The notes beneath the pieces are model-generated. The model searched no databases and was not told where the DNA came from. It saw nothing but the letters and a program-made list of their open reading frames with translations. A DNA stretch of 57,578 nucleotides from Planctomycetota bacterium (lineage in GTDB: Bacteria > Planctomycetota > Planctomycetia > Pirellulales > UBA1268). The position numbers and the translations under genes are program-made. Positions 9,191 through 16,704 of the stretch are shown here, in pieces (within the stretch, counting starts at the first letter, position 1; every line of letters begins with the position of its first letter). Location of the stretch: assembly GCA_016872955.1 (NCBI GenBank), contig VGYP01000001.1, forward strand, positions 1-57,578, in the 5' to 3' direction.

Positions 9191-9734
9191 GAGCTCCGCC
9201 TGGGCGTTCTGGACGTATTCGCTCAGCCGCCGCAGCGTAAAGAGTTTCTCGCCGGGACAGGCGGTGTCACCCCGGAAGGCGTGGACCTGCGTCAAGACCC
9301 CCACGACGCCGAGGCTCTTGCGGGCCTGCGGGCTCACCTTTACCACGTCCCTGGTCGGCGGTGCCGGCGGCGGCATGATCCCGGCACCGCTTGCGGCCTC
9401 GGTCGCCGCAGGCACGACGTGCGGCAGCAGATCGTCGAGCGTGGGCAGCCGACCGCCGGGCGGCCTCACTGGCAGCCGGCGTTGGCCCGCGTCGGTCGTG
9501 TCGACCACGGCCGACATGGGCGGCAGGGCAATCGTCGTCCAGCCGTTCGCCGTGGGCATGGTCGTCGTCGTGGTGCGGGTGTCCGTGCCAGACCCAGTGG
9601 CGATGGAGCCGCAGCGCGTTCGGGGAGCCGGCCGAGGCGGCGGTCTCATGGCAGTGCGACACGGCTGAGACCGAGGGCAGCCCGTGGGCAACGACGATGG
9701 GCACGGCCAGCCAGCGGCCGAGCGACGGGATCAT
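9191..9734 (-). pseudogene. secreted His-rich protein, coding signal split over two frames (frameshifted gene or two overlapping ORFs)
   Basis: Frame A from ATG 9734 reads MIPSLGRWLAVPIVVAHGLPSVSAVSHCHETAASAGSPNALRLHRHWVWHGHPHHDDDHAHGE, with high GC3. Around 9540-9560, GC3-rich coding continues in a second frame: (M)PTANGWTTIALPPMSAVVDTTDAG...DVVKVSPQARKSLGVVGVLTQVHAFRGDTACPGEKLFTLRRLSEYVQNAQAELRQ. That second frame has no stop until 8912, inside the RR remnant, so the 3' end is undefined. Confidence 0.4.
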
Positions 9735-9833
9735 CCGAGCGATGAGCAGGCGCCTACCCGGCCGCCGGCCACGCCGCCACACCACTCCACGGCAACGCGA
9801 CGGGCGGCGACCGGCGTTGCTACAATCCGAGCT

Positions 9834-11330
9834 ATGAACCACCAGTCTGTCACCCTCCCGCCTGGGCCCGCGGCCCTGCTGCCCGTGCTTGTGGCCCTCG
9901 CCGCCGCGCTGCTGGTGACCCCCGCCAGCGCCTGCCCGTTCTGCTCCGCCGTGTCGCCGACCTTCGCCCAGGAGATCGCCCAGAGCGGGGCGGCCGTGAT
10001 CGCCACGCTCGTCGAGCCACCGCCGGCCTCAGCGCTCCAGCCCAATGCCGAGGGGCCGCTGCCCAAGGGGAAGTTCGAGGTGGTCGAGGTGCTCAAGGGG
10101 GCCGACGTCGTCGCGGCGGCCGGCCTTACCGGCGCCGGCGCCACCCCAATCGAGACGATCATGCTCGAGGCCCAGCCGGTGGGCACGACCTTCCTGTTGA
10201 TGGGCGTCGAACCGCCCCAGATCGTCTGGAGCAGCCCGATCCGCATCGGCGACCGCGCGATCGCCTACCTCAAGAAGCTCGCCGGCCTGCCGGAGAAGGG
10301 GGCCGACCGGCTGGCCTTCTTCCTGGGTCACCTCGAGGACGAGGACGACACGCTCACCCGCGACGCCTACGACGAGTTCGCCGTCGCCCCCTACGAGGAT
10401 GTCAAGAATCTCGCCGACCGGATGGACGCGACGCGGCTGCTCGGCTGGATCGAGAACCCCAAGATCCCGGCCAATCGCCGCCGTCTCTATGCCACCATGC
10501 TTGGCGTCTGCGGCACGCCGGCCGACGCCGAGCGGATCGCCGCGATCCTTGAGGGCAAGGGACTGGCCGCCGAGCAGCCCGAGATTCGCAACGGCCTCGA
10601 CGCCCTGATCGCCTGCTACGTCGCGCTGCGGGGGGAGTCGGCGCTCGACCTGGTCGACACGCTCTTCCTCGAGCGGGCCGGCGGCGGCAAGGAGGTGCCC
10701 TTCACCGAGACCTATGCGGCGGTGATGGCCCTGCGGTTTTTGGGGGAGGAGTCGCAGCTCGTGCCGCGATCGCGGGTGCTCGCCTCGCTGCGGCTGTTGC
10801 TCGACGAGCCGAAGCTCGCCGACCTGGTGATCGCCGACCTGTCCCGCTGGCAGGATTGGTCGCTCATCGAGCGGCTGACGACGATCTTCAAGGAGGCCAA
10901 GTCGGACAACATCTTCGTCCGCGAGCCAATCGTGAACTATCTCCGCGCCTGCCCGTTGCCCGAGGCCGCCGCGGCCGTCCGGGACCTTGAGCAAATCGAC
11001 CCCGAGGCGGTGCGACGGGCCGCCACGCTGGCGGGGCTCGCCGGCATCGCGGCCGCCACCCCAGCCGGCGACGACGCCGCGGCCAACCCCGCGGGCGACG
11101 CCGACCTCGCCGGCCAGATCGGCGCCGTGATCGCCGACGAGGATCCGGCCGACGGTAACCCCGGCCGCGATCCATCGTCCCCACTCCCGCCAAGCCGCAC
11201 TCCGTCGACCGCACCCGCCGGCGACGGCTGGAAGCGGGTCCTCTGGGGCGTGGTCGTCCTGGTAGTGGCGGTCGTCACCCGGTCGTTGCTCAAGCCCGGA
11301 TCGTCAAGGGGCCGGCAGGTATCGCTGTGA
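9834..11330 (+). CDS. uncharacterised envelope protein: signal peptide ending in C-P-F-C, helical-repeat body, C-terminal TM anchor (paralog 1)
   Basis: MNHQSVTLPPGPAALLPVLVALAAALLVTPASA|CPFCSAV. The body is alpha-helical and HEAT-like. The C-terminal TM helix is WKRVLWGVVVLVVAVV. It is clearly paralogous to 15568..16704. TACAAT at 9821-9826 sits immediately upstream of the ATG. Confidence 0.7.
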   Translation: MNHQSVTLPPGPAALLPVLVALAAALLVTPASACPFCSAVSPTFAQEIAQSGAAVIATLVEPPPASALQPNAEGPLPKGKFEVVEVLKGADVVAAAGLTGAGATPIETIMLEAQPVGTTFLLMGVEPPQIVWSSPIRIGDRAIAYLKKLAGLPEKGADRLAFFLGHLEDEDDTLTRDAYDEFAVAPYEDVKNLADRMDATRLLGWIENPKIPANRRRLYATMLGVCGTPADAERIAAILEGKGLAAEQPEIRNGLDALIACYVALRGESALDLVDTLFLERAGGGKEVPFTETYAAVMALRFLGEESQLVPRSRVLASLRLLLDEPKLADLVIADLSRWQDWSLIERLTTIFKEAKSDNIFVREPIVNYLRACPLPEAAAAVRDLEQIDPEAVRRAATLAGLAGIAAATPAGDDAAANPAGDADLAGQIGAVIADEDPADGNPGRDPSSPLPPSRTPSTAPAGDGWKRVLWGVVVLVVAVVTRSLLKPGSSRGRQVSL

Positions 11331-12046
11331 ACTCCCCCGGACCATGCCGAGTGCCCACGAGCACGGGACTTTTCGACGCACCCGCCCTCTCCGCCCCGCG
11401 CGTCGACGCGGCAGTTGGCGACGATCGCTACCGCGCTGTCTCCGGAGCGGCGATCGTGGCGCTGGCCCTCGCCCTGCTGACGCCGCTGGTGTTCGTCGGC
11501 TGGACCTTCGCGGCGGTGCCGGTGGTCGGGGTCGTGATCGCCCTGGTGGCACTGGGCGACATCGCCCGCCGACCCGAGGCCGTCACCGGGCGGGGCCTCG
11601 CGATCACCGCCCTGGGGGTCTCGGCCACCAGCCTCGTGGCGGGCCTGGCCTACCTTGCGACGGTCTACGCGGCGGAACTGCCCGAGGGCTTCACGCGGCT
11701 CACCTATGCGGTCCTGCAGCCGCTGCCGGGCGACCCGCCCGCGGCAGTGCCCGACTCGGCCCACGCCGTCGCCGGCCAGAACGTGCTGCTCAAGGGCTAC
11801 ATGTACCCGGGCACGCGGCAGCGGGGGATCACCGAGTTTCTGCTCTGCCGCGACCAAGGCGACTGCTGCTTCGGCGGGCAGCCCAAGATCACCGACCGGG
11901 TGCTCGTACGGCTCGCCGATCCGACCGGCATGGTGTTCACCCAGGGGCTCGTCAAGATCGCCGGCCGGTTCCGCGTCGAGCCGGCCGGCACGCCTGAACT
12001 CGGCGGCGGCGTGCTCTACCACATCGATGACGCCGTCACCCGTTAG
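11327..12046 (+). CDS. membrane protein with DUF4190-like N-terminus and DUF3299-like C-terminal domain
   Basis: The GTG start overlaps the upstream stop (GTGA at 11327-11330). The TM pair is AIVALALALLTPLVFVGW / VVGVVIALVALGDIARRP...GRGLAITALG. The C-terminus reads VLLKGYMYPGTRQRGITEFLLCRDQGDCCFGGQPKITDRVLVRL...GRFRVEP. Confidence 0.7.
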   Translation: MNSPGPCRVPTSTGLFDAPALSAPRVDAAVGDDRYRAVSGAAIVALALALLTPLVFVGWTFAAVPVVGVVIALVALGDIARRPEAVTGRGLAITALGVSATSLVAGLAYLATVYAAELPEGFTRLTYAVLQPLPGDPPAAVPDSAHAVAGQNVLLKGYMYPGTRQRGITEFLLCRDQGDCCFGGQPKITDRVLVRLADPTGMVFTQGLVKIAGRFRVEPAGTPELGGGVLYHIDDAVTR

Positions 12047-12073
12047 CGTTAGCCGCGGCGTCGAGAAGAGCCG

Positions 12074-12586
12074 ATGGACCACCCCGCCGCGACAATCCTC
12101 TTGATGGCCACACTCGCCGCCGTCGGCTGCGGCGGATCCCGCGAGCCGGCCGCGGTGCCGGCGCCCACCACGCGGCCGACGATTTCGGACGCGGGGACGG
12201 CCCCGCCGCCGGCCGCGCCGCGGGAGATCACCTTCGACGACATCAAGCTCGAGATGGAGAAGGGGGCCCCCTTCACCCGCGAGCTGCTGCCCAAGCGGGT
12301 GACCGCCCTGCCGGGCTCGGCCATCCGGATCCGCGGCTACATCCTGCCGAGCTTCCAGCAGACGGGCCTGACACAGTTCGTGCTCGTCCGCGACAACCAG
12401 GAATGCTGCTTCGGCCCGGGCGCGGCGCTGCACGACTGCATCGTGGTGCGGATGCGGCCCGGGAAGACGGCTGATTTTTCGATCCGGCCGGTGGCCGTCG
12501 CCGGCACCTTCCGGATCGACGAGTTGCGGGCCCCCGACGGATCGCACCTGGCGATCTACGCCCTCGACGGGGACGACGTGAAGTAG
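12074..12586 (+). CDS. DUF3299-like lipoprotein
   Basis: The lipobox is LLMATLAAVGCGG. The domain IRIRGYILPSFQQTGLTQFVLVRDNQECCFGPGAALHDCIVVRM...VAGTFRIDE parallels the C-terminus of the previous gene, including the shared CCFG motif. Confidence 0.7.
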   Translation: MDHPAATILLMATLAAVGCGGSREPAAVPAPTTRPTISDAGTAPPPAAPREITFDDIKLEMEKGAPFTRELLPKRVTALPGSAIRIRGYILPSFQQTGLTQFVLVRDNQECCFGPGAALHDCIVVRMRPGKTADFSIRPVAVAGTFRIDELRAPDGSHLAIYALDGDDVK

Positions 12587-12589
12587 CCC

Positions 12590-12808
12590 TGCCGCGGCAA
12601 CCCCATCATCCGATCGCTGATGAGGCTCTTCTCGGTGACGTCCAGCCTGCCGAACGTGCGGTTCATCACGCAACTGCTCCTGGGGGGCATCCTGGCCGCC
12701 TACCTGGGAACGATGACGTTTCTGGTGTTCGACATGAACCAGCCGTTCCGCGGGCAGGTGAGCATCTCGTCCGCCCCGTTCGACGCCCTTTTCCAATGGA
12801 TGGCCTAG
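12590..12808 (+). pseudogene. 3' remnant of a DUF4239-like membrane protein gene, interrupted by the IS element
   Basis: Only the last ~65 codons are present (...LLLGGILAAYLGTMTFLVFDMNQPFRGQVSISSAPFDALFQWMA). They start right after the stop of the previous gene. The TAG at 12806-12808 is supplied by the IS end. The reading frame resumes after the IS at 14033 (MAARAIVPEPRR, stop 14069-14071). Confidence 0.55.
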
Positions 12809-12826
12809 GACTACGACGTTAGCTGC
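12805..12826. repeat. left terminal inverted repeat of the IS remnant
   Basis: CTAGGACTACGACGTTAGCTGC pairs with the reverse complement of 14005-14026 (shared CTAG..CT.C..CGTTAGCT.C). Confidence 0.55.
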
Positions 12827-12852
12827 TCTTGAGCCCGATCAGTTTTGAAGTC

Positions 12853-13894
12853 ATGCTTCCTGGCATGACTGCACGGAAGCTTCACAACCTGAAGACCGAG
12901 ATGCAGGCGTTCGTCGAGGATGTGGCCGCCGGCATCGGACGGAGTGAGCGGAAACACTGGTGCTCGACGGTGATCGCAAGAGCATCGAGCCGATGGCCGG
13001 TCGGCTCACCGCGATCGATCCGCCGGAGAAGGACTACGTCCAGGCGCTCCAGCAGTTCATCAACCAGAGCAACTGGGAGGACTCGCTGGTTCAGGAAAAC
13101 ATGCGGCAGCGTATCGGCCGCATCTGCCGGAGGCGTGGACGACGGATGCCAAACGGATGAAAAAGGCCGGTGTTCCGGCCGAGATTGGCTACCGTCCGAA
13201 GTGGCAGATTGCCCTGGAGATGCTCCGACAAGCGCGAGTGGAAGGATTCTCAGGGCCAGTGTTGGCTGACAGTGCCTACGGCACCGTGACGCAGTTCCGG
13301 CGGGAACTTGACGCGCTTGGCTTGCCGTGGTGCCTGGGCATCGACAGCACGCTGCGGGTGATTGCGGCGAACGCCGATCTGGGGCCAGTACCGGCGAAGG
13401 GGCCGATGGGCAGAACGCCGACACGGCCGCACAAACTCGCCGACGGCACGTTGAAGACCAGGCGTGTTGCGGACTGGGCATGGAGGCGGCGTTCCGCCTT
13501 CCGCAAGGTTACCTGGCGACAGGGCAGCCGAGGTCCGATGGCGAGCCGCTTCGCCGTCTGGCGGGTCCGGTATGCCCATCGCGCGAGGATGGGCATTGAG
13601 CCGCTTGAGGCGTGCTGGCTGATCGCTGAATGGCCGACCGACGCCGAGAAGCCGACGAAGTTCTTCTTCTCGAATCTGCCTGCCACGGCATCCCAGAAGG
13701 AGCTCGTTTGGCTTGCGAAGCGTCGCTGGTGGATCGAGCACTCCTACAAGGAACTCAAGGACGAACTTGGACTCGACCACTTCGAGGGACGTTCCTGGCG
13801 AGGCTGGCATCATCACGTCACGCTCACGATGCTGGCGTACCTCTTCCTCGTCGAACTGCGAAAGAAGCTCGGGAACAAGGGGATCCTGGCCTGA
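12853..13894 (+). pseudogene. IS701-family DDE transposase, frameshifted and internally deleted
   Basis: Three frames must be joined. The first is MTARKLHNLKTEMQAFVEDVAAGIGRSERKHW. The second is LDGDRKSIEPMAGRLTAIDPPEKDYVQALQQFINQSNWED. The third is HLPEAWTTDAKRMKKAGVPAEIGYRPKWQIALEML...ADSAYG...RWWIEHSYKELKDELGLDHFEGRSWRGWHHHVTLTMLAYLFL. The block that normally carries the first catalytic Asp, between the Wd motif and LP..W, is missing. Confidence 0.8.
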
Positions 13895-14004
13895 GCTTGC
13901 CCACTATGCGCCGGCTCCTTCAATCGCTTCTGCTGTGCGTTTCACATCACTGCCCCATCTGCAATCGACCGATCAACGACGAACTCGTGCGGGTCGATTC
14001 CAGT

Positions 14005-14026
14005 GGAGCTAACGGAGGAGGACTAG
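14005..14026. repeat. right terminal inverted repeat of the IS remnant
   Basis: GGAGCTAACGGAGGAGGACTAG. See the left inverted repeat. Confidence 0.55.
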
Positions 14027-14071
14027 GAATGAATGGCCGCCCGCGCGATCGTTCCCGAGCCGAGACGGTGA

Positions 14072-14760
14072 CGCCGGAGCCTGGGGCTCGCCGTCGGCGT
14101 GCTCGGCCGGCCGGTGGAGGTCCGCGGTCCCAACACCAAGTCGTGGTGGCTCGACCTCTTTCCGCGGCGGGCGGAGCGGCTCTGCCAGGAGGGCGTCGCC
14201 GCACGCTTCGGCTGCTGGACGAGCACCAGCCGCAAGGCCGTGATCCCGGTGCTCGAGGAGTTCGACCGGCTGCTCTTCTAGCCCATGCAATCCGAGGGCA
14301 ACGAGTCGTCGCCACGCGTCGTTAACGGCGGATCGGTGCCCAACCAGAAAATTCTGCCGGCCATCGACTGGCTGCTCTCCCCCGGCGGGCGAGGCCTATC
14401 TGCCCCTCGGCCACAAGCAGTTCCGCAGCGCAATCGAGATGATCCAGGCAGCGCGTGACGAGCGATCAAATGGAGGCGGCCTACGGCCTGGTGCACCTTT
14501 GGAAGCGGGCCGTCGAAAAGGCCGGCTCGTTCAAGACGGCGGCGGTGCGGCAGGCGCTCCGCGAGGGCCTCGAGGTGGACGCGCCCGGCGGGCCGCTGCG
14601 GATCGACCCCGGCACGCAGCACGCGTGGAAGCGGTTCCGGCTAGGCCGGATCCACGCCGATCGGCAGTTCGACATCGTCCACGAGTCGGCCGAGCCGACC
14701 CGCCCGATCCCTCCCCCGAGGTCGCCTTTCCCGGCTGCAGTGCGACTGGACGGCGCGAGG
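14072..14760 (+). pseudogene. urtA: urea/amide ABC transporter substrate-binding protein (UrtA/AmiC-like) pseudogene
   Basis: Fragments lie in UrtA order: VLGRPVEVRGPN...VAARFGCWTSTSRKAVIPVLEEFDRLLF. Next comes TAG (14279-14281) where Tyr is expected, then PMQSEGNESSPRVV..VPNQKILPAIDWLLSPGGRG. A frame change and deletion follow, then YLPLGHKQFRSAIEMIQAA. After another frame change and deletion comes QMEAAYGLVHLWKRAVEKAGS...LEVDAPGGPLRIDPGTQHAWKRFRLGRIHADRQFDIVHES. The N-terminus and signal peptide are absent. Confidence 0.7.
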
Positions 14761-14789
14761 CCTCACCCGCGGCCCGGAGGTCCCGATCG

Positions 14790-15461
14790 ATGGCAACCTT
14801 TGAGAGCGAGGAATCCCAGTCGATGCGCTGGGTCCGCATCGACCTTGACGCCGACGACTGCCACACCGAGCGGAACGCGCTCAACCACCTGAAGAAGAAC
14901 GTCACAATGCACGTGCCGCTCCCCTCGCTTCAAGCCTGCTGGGTCTCGCTGTTCTCCGACGAGTCGATCATCCGGCCCCGCTACGAGGGCACCGGCAGGG
15001 TCTACCTCGACTCGTCCTTCGGCGGCTACCCTATCTTCACGATCACCCACCCTGACCGCTGGATCCTCGACACACACTGCTTCTGGGCGAGTGACGGCAA
15101 GGTCACCCTCCACATCCACCGCGAGCCGGTGCTCACGGCGTTGTTCGCTCGCCAGGGACTGCTCTGGTACAAGACGGCGCTCTCGGGTGACGGCCAGGTA
15201 GTGCTGAAGGTGGACGGCCCTGTCGAGGAAGTGACGCTCGACAATGACCGCCTCGTCCGCGACTGCCCCTACGTGGTGGCCCACACCGAAGGAATCACGC
15301 TGCGGAGGCTGCGGCCGGCGCGGTCGCTCTGGAGCACCTGGCTGGCGGGCCAGCAGCGGACCTATTCCTACGAGGGCACCGGTCGGCTGCTCCTGTGTAC
15401 CGTGCCCTACTGGCGTTGCCCGATAGAACTGGAAAACATCGGCTCGCTGGCCGGCATCTGA
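14790..15461 (+). CDS. AIM24 family protein (DUF124-like)
   Basis: An internal ATG gives MATFESEESQSMRWVRIDL. The pattern GTGRVYLDSSFGG...WILDTHCFWASDGKVTL...LSGDGQVVLKVDGPVEEVTLDNDRLVRDCPYVVAHTEGITL...YEGTGRLLL matches the repeated G.G beta-sandwich layout of AIM24 proteins. Confidence 0.6.
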   Translation: MATFESEESQSMRWVRIDLDADDCHTERNALNHLKKNVTMHVPLPSLQACWVSLFSDESIIRPRYEGTGRVYLDSSFGGYPIFTITHPDRWILDTHCFWASDGKVTLHIHREPVLTALFARQGLLWYKTALSGDGQVVLKVDGPVEEVTLDNDRLVRDCPYVVAHTEGITLRRLRPARSLWSTWLAGQQRTYSYEGTGRLLLCTVPYWRCPIELENIGSLAGI

Positions 15462-15567
15462 TCGTCGGCCCGGCCGACGGATGCCGTGCTGGCCACGATC
15501 AACGGGTCGCCCCCGACCGGTGCCACACCCGCCCCACATCCGTGCCAGACCCGCGACAGACCCGCCC

Positions 15568-16704
15568 ATGAAATACCGCTGGCCGATCGTCATCGCTTTT
15601 TCAACACTGGCGGGGGGCGTGTCGGCCTGTCCGTTTTGCAACGTCGTGGGCCGCCCGCTCGCCGCCCGTCGCGATGCGGCGGCGGTGGTCGCCGCGGGCG
15701 AGGCGGCCGGCTCCGTGCGGCAGGACCCGGCCGGGCCGCGACAGCCGTTCACCGTCCGCAGCCTACTCCGCGGGGACCGCGTCGCGGTGGGGGACGAGGT
15801 CGACGGCCGCGTGGCCGGGCCGGTCGCGGGCACGGCGGTACTCTTCGGCGACGACCGCGGCGACTGGGAGGCGCTAGCGGCCGACGAGGCGGTGCTGGGA
15901 TACGTCGCTGCGGCCCCGGTCGCCTCGGCCGATGCGGCGGATCGGCTCCGCTGGTTCGCCGGCCGGCTCGAAGATCCCAACGCGACGATCGCCGCGGACG
16001 CATTTAGCGAGTTCGGCGTGGCCCCGTTCGCCGCGGTCGTGGCGGCCTCGGCCGCTCTCGATCCTGCCCGCCTCCGCGGTTGGCTCGACGAGCCGGGGAT
16101 CGATCCGCGGCGGCGGGGCTTCTACGGTCTGGCGGTCGGCATCGTCGCCCGCCGCGCGGCGGACCTCGGCGACGAGGCGGAGGCCCGCCGGTGCGTTGCC
16201 GCGCTCGAACGGCCGCTCGTCGCGCCGGGCAGCGATTTGCGGGCCGGCTTCGACGGCCTGCTCGGCGGCCTGCTGGTCGCCCGCGGTGAGGCGGCCCTCG
16301 ACTGGCTCGTGGCCCGCGGACTCGTCGCCGCCGACACGCGGGCCGGCGACGCACGGCACATGCTGGCGGCGCTGCGATTCGCCTGGGAAGACCTCGCCGA
16401 TCACCTGCCCCGCCAGCGGGTCGCGGCGATCGCGGCACGGCTACTGGCCAATCCCGCCGTGGCGGCCGACGTGGCGGTGGATCTGGCCCGCTGGCGGCAC
16501 TGGGCGAGCGTGGAGGACGTCGCGGCGCTCTGGGACGCCGCCGGCCGCGACGATCCGCTCGTGCGCCGCGCCGTGGCCGGCTATCTGCGGGCCTGCCCGC
16601 TCGCTTCGGCGCGGCGGCACGCCGCGCGGATCGCCGCCGCGTCGCCCGGCGCCTGGCAGGCCGCCGTGGCGGCCGCCGCCTGGCCGCCGCAGGGATTGGA
16701 TTGA
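15568..16704 (+). CDS. uncharacterised envelope protein with signal peptide ending in C-P-F-C (paralog 2, orphan copy)
   Basis: MKYRWPIVIAFSTLAGGVSA|CPFCNVV. Several blocks are shared with 9834..11330. ADRLRWFAGRLEDPNATIAADAFSEFGVAPF matches ADRLAFFLGHLEDEDDTLTRDAYDEFAVAPY. RLRGWLDEPGIDPRRRGFY matches RLLGWIENPKIPANRRRLY. GYLRACPL matches NYLRACPL. It lacks the C-terminal TM tail of paralog 1. Confidence 0.7.
   Translation: MKYRWPIVIAFSTLAGGVSACPFCNVVGRPLAARRDAAAVVAAGEAAGSVRQDPAGPRQPFTVRSLLRGDRVAVGDEVDGRVAGPVAGTAVLFGDDRGDWEALAADEAVLGYVAAAPVASADAADRLRWFAGRLEDPNATIAADAFSEFGVAPFAAVVAASAALDPARLRGWLDEPGIDPRRRGFYGLAVGIVARRAADLGDEAEARRCVAALERPLVAPGSDLRAGFDGLLGGLLVARGEAALDWLVARGLVAADTRAGDARHMLAALRFAWEDLADHLPRQRVAAIAARLLANPAVAADVAVDLARWRHWASVEDVAALWDAAGRDDPLVRRAVAGYLRACPLASARRHAARIAAASPGAWQAAVAAAAWPPQGLD

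Larger units (their letters stand above)
12805..14026 (+). mobile_element. IS701-family insertion sequence remnant (internally deleted, non-autonomous)
   Basis: Imperfect terminal inverted repeats are CTAGGACTACGACGTTAGCTGC (12805-12826) and the reverse complement of GGAGCTAACGGAGGAGGACTAG (14005-14026). They match at about 15 of 22 positions. A flanking near-identical direct repeat is AATGGATGGCC (12795-12805) and AATGAATGGCC (14028-14038). The element encloses a decayed DDE transposase. Confidence 0.7.

Noticed and set aside
10937-12796. 619-aa minus-strand ORF, together with 37065..39128 (687 aa, plus strand), 1876..3117 (minus strand) and 7910..8860 (minus strand).
   Set aside because: All are antisense shadows of well-supported genes: the DUF3299-like pair, the ALDH, clpP and the kinase. 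Their translations are dominated by R, G, P, A and H without motifs.
12853-13894. Programmed ribosomal frameshifting in the IS transposase.
   Set aside because: IS701-family transposases are single-ORF enzymes. The frame changes here coincide with missing conserved sequence (a deletion of the first catalytic Asp region) rather than a slippery heptamer. This is decay, not recoding.
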